From Candidatus Latescibacterota bacterium (lineage in GTDB: Bacteria; Latescibacterota; UBA2968; UBA8231): DNA of 64,000 nt. The DNA is taken from positions 2,048,001-2,112,000 of the forward strand of contig OZ241889.1 of NCBI GenBank assembly GCA_965203355.1, read 5' to 3'. Position 1 is the stretch's first letter; each line of letters starts with the position of its first letter. This document shows positions 8,472 to 16,330 of the stretch, one piece after another. Both the position numbers and the translations under genes were made by a program. Under the pieces are notes generated by a model. That model searched no databases. It saw only the letters and a program-made list of their open reading frames with translations, and was not told the DNA's origin.

Positions 8472-11422
8472 TGGGCGTACTGCGAGCTAAATGCGCGTTG
8501 CTCTTGGGCGCAGTGGTCCTATGTACCCTTGAGGTCGGTGCTCAGATAGACTACGGCAATCGCCTCGGTCGCCGGGCTGACGAGCGTCGTGTGTTCTCGG
8601 CCGCGGGTCGGTCGATGCTGATTGACGCGCTGGATCCTACTATTCAGCGCTGGTACTTGCCGCAGGAGTTGTTCACCGAGTACGGCCGCCGCCAGTGGCA
8701 GTACACTAACTATGCGCGGGAATCTTTTCTCCGCTACGTGTCGCGCAGCCAAGAGGGATTTTATTTTTACGATCCTTACGGCGATTTGATCACCCGCGGC
8801 TGGCTCATCTACGATTGGCGGCAAACCCAGCCGCTGATCAGTGCCAGCAATCAGATCACCAAGCGCGGCGAGTACCTAAGCTGGTTCAATCGCCTCATCA
8901 TCTCCTCGGATACCAGTGGCGATTACAGCTATTCGATTGTAGTCGGGGACGAGCTTTTTACGACACTGACGCCCCTGACTTTCCGCAAGACTGGCTTCAA
9001 TGGTGTGGTGACTAGTTTGGCTACCCAGCGATTGCGGGCGACCGGGCTATTTTCGCGCATCTCGTCTCCGATCATCGACATCAGCGCAGATTTTCCGACT
9101 CGGCAGCTAGAAAACGCGACGAACCTATCCGCACTCCGCTTTGAGGCCGATGTCAGCGATCACCTGACTGTGGGTATGACCTTCGTCAATTCCCACAGTA
9201 ACAACGGGGCCTTGGAGAGCTTTCAGGAAAGCCCCTTTACGGGTTTGCTAACCTCAGGCCAGTTAGACCGGCGACTTGAATTACTAGTGGTGAGGTTGTC
9301 CGACGATTCGCCCGAAGATGGCGAAGGGGGGGCCGTGCTTTTCAGCGACGATGTGGAGATTACGACTACCTTAATGCGCGAAGTGGCCGCGGGGGATAGC
9401 GCGACCTTAGTCCCCCGGGATACGGTCATCACCGGCAGCAGCATTGGCTACCGACCATTGCGCGAAGGGGGCAAAGTGCGCGATGGCTTCCTCACGGCTG
9501 ATGGATCCGAACGCATCACGCTTAAATATCCGCTGGTAGCCGAAACTGGGGAAGACGAAACTGGGACCTTGCGCCTGCTATTGCAGCAGAGCTTGGGGTT
9601 GAGTTTGGCCGAGGCCGAGGATGCGGTGACCGCGATCAAGAAGGTGCGCTTTCGGCTCATTCTGGCCAACGATTACCGAGTGGAGGTCGCGTCTGATCGA
9701 CAGACCAATCCAGTGGATCAGCCGCAATTTCTCCAGGTCGCACGAGCAGCGGGCAACATCAAAAACCGTCTCAACCAACAAGAAGTGGCCTTTGACTACG
9801 GGTTGCCCACTGCGAGTCAGATATACGGCGTTACTGCCGAGATGCGCGATTGGTACGGGTTTGACTTCTACGGAGAGTTCAACGTCAACACCCGCTATCG
9901 CAAGTACCCGACGACGACCATGAAGAAGCACGAAGCTATTGCTGGCATTGTCGGAGACCAGCACGACGTGGCCTATATGATCAACTTGGCGCGGAACATC
10001 GGCCCTTGGCGCTTTTTTCTTGAAGGCTTCGGTATGGACGACGGATACAGCACCAACGTGCGGCCAGTGGATGGCCGAGGCTTGGTCGACTACTCGCCCG
10101 AAGCCATCATTCAGTCCTATGATTTTGTCGATGATAATGACGATAACGACCGTCATCCAGATCAGCTGCGCCGCTATCAGGGCAGTTTGATTCCCATTCC
10201 AGGGCAGTATTTCCTAGTCCGGCCCAACGGCGTGGCCGATCCAGCGGTTTTCCCTGGCTATGACGAAAACGGAGACTTCCTTTCCGACTTTAACCAAAAC
10301 AGCAACGGCGAGCGGCAAAACTTCTTTCCGGACTACGATGAGCCTTTTCTACGCTACGAGGTTGATAGGCCTGAATTTCTCTTTGGCATTGATTTGAACA
10401 ACAACGGTTGGGTCGATCGCTTTGAAAACGACGACCAGCCGGACTATCCCTACAAGAAGGACCACTGGGGCTACAATTTTTATACTAGCGTCCAAGTCAA
10501 TCCCGAAATCCGACTCACGGCCGGCCGCCTACGCCAAGCCATGCACCAAGCCGCACGTGATAACGATACCTTCTATGGGATCTTTACCTTTACTAAGAGC
10601 TTCCCCACGCTGGGTCGTTGGCGGCTCTTCGACATGGTGCGGCGGGCCGAAGACAACATCGAAGATCACCTCGTGCAGTGGATCGTGCCCAGAGCGGAGT
10701 TCGGCCAATTTAGCGAGACAACGGGCAGCAATGTGCCCGTGCCTGACCCGCTGGCCGCCGAGAATACGTGGATCAACACGCTTTACTCGGACTGGGAGTA
10801 CGACAGTCCTAGGGGTTGGACCACCCGCCACCGATTCAAGATGGATGTATGGAAACAGCGGGAAGCCGAGGTGATATTGGCCCGGGACGAAGAGGGCCAT
10901 GTGCTCTTGGACGAGGAGGGCGCACCGATGGTGGTCTTTGATCCCTTGGGAACCGAGGCGCGCAATGGCCGCGAGTCGTCTAGTTTTGTCGGGTTGATAG
11001 ACAAGATTTCCTATGCATTCTCATGGAAGTCGATCGCCATTTCCCCGCGCATCAAAAGTGAATTTATGCGCCGAGTGCCCTTTAGCCGTAGTGCGCCGCC
11101 GGAACGCAGTTACGATGTGCTCTACATGGTACTGGCAAATTTCCCGATTCTCCACCGCTCTTATGTACAGCTAGGGGTTGAAGGGCGCTTTTTCTACGAT
11201 CTCAAAGGCGACGAGGGACAACTAGCGACTGGAGAGCGAACCGGCGACTTTCGCGGCACAGTCTTGGCCTGTCAACTGACGAGCACTCGGGCCTATTCTG
11301 GATACGAGTTGACCACTCAGATGGGCGTGCGCTTTGATCGTCGCTCGTTGGAGATCAAAGATGGGGATGGGGAACGGAAGACCTCGGGCCTAGTGTTCCT
11401 TTCGGTATTTGCTGGATTGTAA
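8471..11422 (+). CDS. Large exported hypothetical protein B, paralog of A
   Basis: Start overlaps stop of A (TAATG); shares YGNRLGR, WYxPQELFxEYG, LSDDxPEDGEGGA and DYxEPFLRYxVDRPExLFGIDLNNN; ends VFLSVFAGL. Confidence 0.6.
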   Translation: MGVLRAKCALLLGAVVLCTLEVGAQIDYGNRLGRRADERRVFSAAGRSMLIDALDPTIQRWYLPQELFTEYGRRQWQYTNYARESFLRYVSRSQEGFYFYDPYGDLITRGWLIYDWRQTQPLISASNQITKRGEYLSWFNRLIISSDTSGDYSYSIVVGDELFTTLTPLTFRKTGFNGVVTSLATQRLRATGLFSRISSPIIDISADFPTRQLENATNLSALRFEADVSDHLTVGMTFVNSHSNNGALESFQESPFTGLLTSGQLDRRLELLVVRLSDDSPEDGEGGAVLFSDDVEITTTLMREVAAGDSATLVPRDTVITGSSIGYRPLREGGKVRDGFLTADGSERITLKYPLVAETGEDETGTLRLLLQQSLGLSLAEAEDAVTAIKKVRFRLILANDYRVEVASDRQTNPVDQPQFLQVARAAGNIKNRLNQQEVAFDYGLPTASQIYGVTAEMRDWYGFDFYGEFNVNTRYRKYPTTTMKKHEAIAGIVGDQHDVAYMINLARNIGPWRFFLEGFGMDDGYSTNVRPVDGRGLVDYSPEAIIQSYDFVDDNDDNDRHPDQLRRYQGSLIPIPGQYFLVRPNGVADPAVFPGYDENGDFLSDFNQNSNGERQNFFPDYDEPFLRYEVDRPEFLFGIDLNNNGWVDRFENDDQPDYPYKKDHWGYNFYTSVQVNPEIRLTAGRLRQAMHQAARDNDTFYGIFTFTKSFPTLGRWRLFDMVRRAEDNIEDHLVQWIVPRAEFGQFSETTGSNVPVPDPLAAENTWINTLYSDWEYDSPRGWTTRHRFKMDVWKQREAEVILARDEEGHVLLDEEGAPMVVFDPLGTEARNGRESSSFVGLIDKISYAFSWKSIAISPRIKSEFMRRVPFSRSAPPERSYDVLYMVLANFPILHRSYVQLGVEGRFFYDLKGDEGQLATGERTGDFRGTVLACQLTSTRAYSGYELTTQMGVRFDRRSLEIKDGDGERKTSGLVFLSVFAGL

Positions 11423-11434
11423 GGGCGGATAGCG

Positions 11435-13189
11435 ATGACGACTACCGCCCCACAGGGCTGGATTATCAGCCGCCAATGGGATTTCTTCTTTTTTATCGGG
11501 ACCCCGTTGCTCTCACTAGCGACGCTGCTGTTCGCCGCCAACTACTTCACCTCTGCTGATATTGCCCTCTTTGTGCTGGCCTTTTTCGCGGTGGGGCACC
11601 ACCTGCCTGGGCTAATGCGTGCCTATGGCGAGCGGGAGCTGTTTAGTCGCTATAAGGCCCGCTTCATCGTCGCTCCGCTGGTGGTCGCCTCCTTTGTCAG
11701 TTGGAGTGTGTTTAACGGCCACCTTGGATTTTTCATTTTTTTGGCCCTGTGGGACATGTGGCACTTCTTCATGCAGCACTACGGCTTCATGCGGATATAC
11801 GAGTTCAAGCAACATCGGCCCTCGCAGTTGAGTGCACGGCTGGATTGGTGGCTGACGGCAGTCTGGTTCGGATACGTAATAGCAGCTAGCCCCCACTATT
11901 TGATCAATTTTTTAGAACGCTGCCACCGCTATGGCTTTGGGCTATACACTTGGATCAAGCCCGAACACATCTTTTCACTACGGGACGCCATGTTGTATTT
12001 GGCACTGGCCTTGTCAGTGGTCTACGTCGGTAACATGGTCGTCGAAAGGCGTCGTGGTGCGCCCATCGTCTGGCCCAAGTTGGCGATTTCGGCCACTACG
12101 TTCGCCACAGTCTATTACGCTTACATCATCCTCGAAGACGTGATCTTGGGCTACGCGATCACCGCGTTGGCACACGACATTCAATACTTTGCCATCGTGT
12201 GGATCTACAATCACGGGGTGCTCAGGCGCTCGTGCGACTTGGGGCGGTCTTTCTTCCGCTTCCTATTCGCCGATGGGCGCCTGCGGATCGTTCTGTTCTA
12301 CCTGTTGCTGATATTGGCTTACGGCGGCATAGAGGCCCTCGCACGAGCGACACAGAATTTCCTGATTTACGATATAGTCAAGGTGCTCATCGCCACCTCG
12401 GCCTTCATGCACTATTACTACGATGGGTTCATGTGGAAGGTCGGCAAGAAGGAGATCCGGCAGAACTTGATAGACGAGGCGTCCGCAGAGGATCCGAGTG
12501 AAGAAGCTCTGCCGCGCCGTGGCTGGAACGCGCTGGTGACACGGTGGCAGAATGCGCGAGCGCAATGGACGGCTCTCTCCTATGGGTTTGAGACCGGCAA
12601 GCAGGTGCTGTACTTCGGGGTGCCCATCCTCTTCTTGGCTTGGACTGACGCTCAGTATTCGCTGTCGGACGTAAACGCCAAAGAGTACTTGGCCCGGCTG
12701 GCACCGAGCGTGGCCAAAGCCCACGACGACTTGGGGGTGGCCTATAGTCGGCAGGGGGATTTTGATCGCGGCATCACCGCCCACCAAGAGGCCATTGCTG
12801 CGGATTCTACCTATGCCCAAGCCTATACGCACTTGGGGATCGCTCATTCGCTGAAAGGCGATCTAAAGGCTGCCATTGGCTTGCACCAACAGGCCATCGC
12901 GTTGGATCCCGAGTTGGCGCAAGCCTATTTCAATCTAGGGGTGGAATACGCGAAAATGGAACGACTCGGGGAGGCTCTAGGCGCGTTTGAGCGCGCTGTG
13001 GCCTTAGACGCTGACTACGACCGCGCTCACTTGGCCCTCGCACAAACGTATAAAAAAATGGGCAACCAGCCTCTCGCAAAAAGGCACTGGAACCGAGCGC
13101 GCGACTTGCAGGCCGCCGAGCAGCGGAAGGACTTGAGCCTTAGTGCCATGCCTTGGGCCACCGGGACGCCGCTCAAAGGCGACACATGA
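11435..13189 (+). CDS. Polytopic membrane protein with conserved His motifs fused to C-terminal TPRs
   Basis: About 9-10 hydrophobic segments; GHH, WHFFMQHYG, AHDIQY and HYYYDG motifs; about 4 TPRs at the C-terminus. Confidence 0.7.
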   Translation: MTTTAPQGWIISRQWDFFFFIGTPLLSLATLLFAANYFTSADIALFVLAFFAVGHHLPGLMRAYGERELFSRYKARFIVAPLVVASFVSWSVFNGHLGFFIFLALWDMWHFFMQHYGFMRIYEFKQHRPSQLSARLDWWLTAVWFGYVIAASPHYLINFLERCHRYGFGLYTWIKPEHIFSLRDAMLYLALALSVVYVGNMVVERRRGAPIVWPKLAISATTFATVYYAYIILEDVILGYAITALAHDIQYFAIVWIYNHGVLRRSCDLGRSFFRFLFADGRLRIVLFYLLLILAYGGIEALARATQNFLIYDIVKVLIATSAFMHYYYDGFMWKVGKKEIRQNLIDEASAEDPSEEALPRRGWNALVTRWQNARAQWTALSYGFETGKQVLYFGVPILFLAWTDAQYSLSDVNAKEYLARLAPSVAKAHDDLGVAYSRQGDFDRGITAHQEAIAADSTYAQAYTHLGIAHSLKGDLKAAIGLHQQAIALDPELAQAYFNLGVEYAKMERLGEALGAFERAVALDADYDRAHLALAQTYKKMGNQPLAKRHWNRARDLQAAEQRKDLSLSAMPWATGTPLKGDT

Positions 13190-13317
13190 ATGATATTAAT
13201 AGAGAAAATGCTTGACAAAAGAGATGATTCACTGTTCTTTAGGCACTTTCTTTCACGTTATGCTCTTGTAAGTAGGGCGTTTTTTTTATCCACTCAACCA
13301 ACATAGGGGGTTGTAGC

Positions 13318-14280
13318 ATGAGCAAAAAAATTGCGATGTTGGCTGCTGTTATGGGCTTGGTGAGTTCGTCCGCCTTCGCCCATATTCCCGAAGGGGCTGT
13401 ATACGGTGCCTTCCAGTGGCCGACTGACAAACTGCCCGTCCTCGATGGCGATATCTCCGAGTGGGATATCTTGCCGGCTGAGGTGTGGATTGACAGCGAT
13501 AGTCCCGACATCATCGTCGGCGAAGGTGACGTCGGGCGCGAAAAGGATCGCTCCAATTTGTTCTTCCGTTTTGCCATGGGCTGGAACGACGAGTTGGATC
13601 GCATCTACTACGTTTTCGACCGCTTCGATGACGTTTGGGATCGCGATGCCGGCGGCATTGGCTGCTGTGGCCAAGACGACTCCATTGAGATCGGTCTGGA
13701 CTCTGATCACTCCGGTGGCTGGTTCCATGCTGGCGGTGCTGGTATTTCTGGCGACTTGAGCGAAGAAGAGGTAAAGCTCTATAACGGCGGTCAGACCCAG
13801 ACCTCGCATTACCGTTGGCCACCCATTACGTCTGGTAGTGATCCCAACGGTTGGAGTTGGTTTTGGATGTCCAGTTCGACTTGGCACGGCGATGAGCCTT
13901 ACCAGTGCTGCTCAGACTCCTTCAAACTCGATGGCGTACACGGTGCTGAGGCCAATTTCCAAGCCGAGTGGTACACCATTGGCTGGGATGATTTCAACTG
14001 GCAGGGTCCCGAGCTGAGTACCCAGCACGACTTCGTCGAGTTGGAAATTGTCGGTGCTGGCTTGCAGATCGTCGATAACGACAACGGACCAGAAGATGCC
14101 GAAGACACAAATCCGTGGACAGCCAAATGGACGTTAGGTGGCCAGTCCGACATCTTTGGCAACGCTGGTTCGTTTTCCGACTTTGTGTTGCTTCCTCTCG
14201 ACGAAGCAGCTCTCGCTAATCTCCCGACCGCGGTCGAGAACGATAGTTGGGGCCATATCAAGGCTTCTGTCGCTAGGTAA
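13318..14280 (+). CDS. Secreted CBM9/DOMON-like protein with C-terminal TAVE..SWG.IK tail
   Basis: Signal peptide AFA-H; PVLDGDISEW, GWNDELDRIY and DDSIEIGLDSD resemble CBM9-like motifs; ends LPTAVENDSWGHIKASVAR. Confidence 0.6.
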   Translation: MSKKIAMLAAVMGLVSSSAFAHIPEGAVYGAFQWPTDKLPVLDGDISEWDILPAEVWIDSDSPDIIVGEGDVGREKDRSNLFFRFAMGWNDELDRIYYVFDRFDDVWDRDAGGIGCCGQDDSIEIGLDSDHSGGWFHAGGAGISGDLSEEEVKLYNGGQTQTSHYRWPPITSGSDPNGWSWFWMSSSTWHGDEPYQCCSDSFKLDGVHGAEANFQAEWYTIGWDDFNWQGPELSTQHDFVELEIVGAGLQIVDNDNGPEDAEDTNPWTAKWTLGGQSDIFGNAGSFSDFVLLPLDEAALANLPTAVENDSWGHIKASVAR

Positions 14281-14313
14281 CTCACCCGCCTAAAGCAGCA
14301 AAATATCCGTAGT

Positions 14314-14352
14314 GGGACGGGTAGGTCTTCATTGATCTATCCGTCCTTTTTT
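14314..14352 (+). terminator. Intrinsic terminator
   Basis: GGACGGGTAGGTC / GATCTATCCGTCC stem (with G-U pairs) followed by a T-tract, just after the 14280 stop. Confidence 0.7.
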
Positions 14353-14393
14353 GTCATATTTTTTGCCTTTCCTCAGTCAGTTACAAGGCCGTT

Positions 14394-16319
14394 ATGACAC
14401 AGCGCATCGGGATTCTTCTCGCATTTGGATGGTGTTTTTGGGGCGAGCCGACTTCTATTGCAGCCCTGACCATAATCCGTCTCGGAGGGGAGGAACTGCC
14501 TCCGCCCGATTTAGAGGTCCCCTACGAGTTCGTGCAATTGTCATGGGCCGAAGTAGATCCAGCGCGGCATGGATTGGCCGAATTAGTGAAAGTAGATCCC
14601 GGCTTTGTCGAGCCCTTGCACTTGGATCCCACTGTCAACTTGGTGCCGATGCTCGAAGAGCGCGGCGGGCAGGTACTGTCCCTGAATTGGATCGGCTGGG
14701 GGGCGGCTAGCGGTAACGACTTGGCCATGTTCGATGGCGACCCCACGACGGCGTTTTTGGGCGATGGCGATTGGGGAGGGGATTACGGTGTCATTCGCCA
14801 GAAGTCGCTGATTTTCGACCTGGGGGGCCGTTTTTTTCTTGAACGCATTCGCTTTTTTCCTCGCGAGCGATTTCTGGCCGATCGGTTTGTGCAACGTTTC
14901 ATCATCGGCATCAGCGATGGCGATCCGCTCAAGAAAGGCACGAGGGAATTCACGCAGGGCATCCGGGGTAGCTTCTTTGACTTCGACCTTCCGTATAATG
15001 TCTTCGAGAACGTCGAGTCCGTCATTGATATGCCTTTGCCAACCGTGCCGGTGCAACAGTTGCTATTTGAAGCGCCCGAGAACACGACGGGTATTTGGGA
15101 GATCGCCGAGTTTGAGATTTACGGTCATGGTTTTGCTCCATTTGCTCGCTATGTGTCCAACGTGATCGACTTAGGGGGTCCGGCCAGTCTGGGTAGCCTG
15201 CGGTGGTCTGGCGACCAAGACGCTGGGGCCACGCTGTCGTTGAGTACGCGCAGCGGTCTGGATGCTGATCCCAATGTGTACTGGCGCTATACGTTTCGCG
15301 GTGGGGAGCGCACCCGCTTTGATGCCGAGGGTCGTCCGCTGACGTTGGCCTCGTATGGCCAGTTGGCACTTGGGGCGCAGGCAGGCTTGAGCCATGACAC
15401 GGCGGGCTGGACGTTTTGGAGTGGTGCGCCGGACTTTGCCACCGGGGCGGGGGTCGTTGCTGGGGCTGGGGCCCGTCAGTTTGTGCAGGTGCGGGCTGAC
15501 TTCACCTCGGGTCAGCAGACCCGGGGTCGGCTTGATTGGGTGGAGTTGGCGGTGTCGCTTCCGCCGGTGGCGCAACAGGCCATCGCCGAGATCATGCCGT
15601 CGGTGGTGTCGCCGGGTACGGTTAGCGCGTTCACCTACAAGGTCAAGGCTTCGGTGGGGCGGGCCGATCTGGGTTTTGATCGGTTAGCCATTGACACGCC
15701 GGCTCGGGTGTCGCACGTGGTCGGGGTGCGGCTGTCGGGTCAGCCGGTGGCCTTCGACGTGGTTGCGCGCACCGACACGGGGTTTGTGTTGGCGGTGCCT
15801 TTGGTGGATGCACAGCGCACCGAGGAGGTGTTAGAGGTGGACTTCCATGCGTCGGTGTTTCAGTTTGGCACGGTATTTAGTGGTCGTCTTTTCAACAGCG
15901 CGCATCCGGCGGAGGTGCCGCAGGCGTTGGCTTGGGGGGATGCGGATGGAGTGCCTTCCAGTGAGCGTTTGCAGGTTGACTTGACGGGTTTGGGTGGTGG
16001 CTCTTTGGGGGTGTTGTCGGTGGAGCCTGGGGTGTTTAGTCCGAATGGGGATGGGGTCAACGATGTGGTCTCTATTGGCTGTGATGTGTTGAATGTGTCG
16101 GGTGGGTCGTTGGTGGGGTGTTGGGTGTATGATCTGTCGGGTCGTCGTTTGGTTTTGGTGGATGCTTCTTGGTTGGGTAGTGGTCGGTATGGTGGGGTGT
16201 GGGATGGTCGGGATGGTCGTGGTTTTTTAGTGCCGCCGGGGTTGTATGTCGTGGGGTTGCAGGTGGAGACCGATCAGGGCATGACCCACCGGCAAGCACT
16301 CGTCGCTATCGCATACTAA
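14394..16319 (+). CDS. Secreted FlgD/CHU_C-tailed protein, paralog 2
   Basis: Signal peptide; MFDGDPTT..FDLGGRFFLERIRFFPR..WEIAEFEIYG; FSPNGDGVND..WDGRD..VPPGLY..IAY. Confidence 0.75.
   Translation: MTQRIGILLAFGWCFWGEPTSIAALTIIRLGGEELPPPDLEVPYEFVQLSWAEVDPARHGLAELVKVDPGFVEPLHLDPTVNLVPMLEERGGQVLSLNWIGWGAASGNDLAMFDGDPTTAFLGDGDWGGDYGVIRQKSLIFDLGGRFFLERIRFFPRERFLADRFVQRFIIGISDGDPLKKGTREFTQGIRGSFFDFDLPYNVFENVESVIDMPLPTVPVQQLLFEAPENTTGIWEIAEFEIYGHGFAPFARYVSNVIDLGGPASLGSLRWSGDQDAGATLSLSTRSGLDADPNVYWRYTFRGGERTRFDAEGRPLTLASYGQLALGAQAGLSHDTAGWTFWSGAPDFATGAGVVAGAGARQFVQVRADFTSGQQTRGRLDWVELAVSLPPVAQQAIAEIMPSVVSPGTVSAFTYKVKASVGRADLGFDRLAIDTPARVSHVVGVRLSGQPVAFDVVARTDTGFVLAVPLVDAQRTEEVLEVDFHASVFQFGTVFSGRLFNSAHPAEVPQALAWGDADGVPSSERLQVDLTGLGGGSLGVLSVEPGVFSPNGDGVNDVVSIGCDVLNVSGGSLVGCWVYDLSGRRLVLVDASWLGSGRYGGVWDGRDGRGFLVPPGLYVVGLQVETDQGMTHRQALVAIAY
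15078..16319 (+). repeat. Copy 1 of a ~1.24-kb near-identical direct repeat (3' part of paralog 2)
   Basis: Matches 18953-20194 at constant offset 3875; about 13 substitutions by eye. Confidence 0.95.
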
Positions 16320-16330
16320 AGGTAAACAGT

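Noticed and set aside
16199-16330. Upstream extension of paralog 3 (and ORF 20074..20379)
   Set aside because: Alternative-frame read-through of the G/T-rich repeat; the signal peptide begins at ATG 16331
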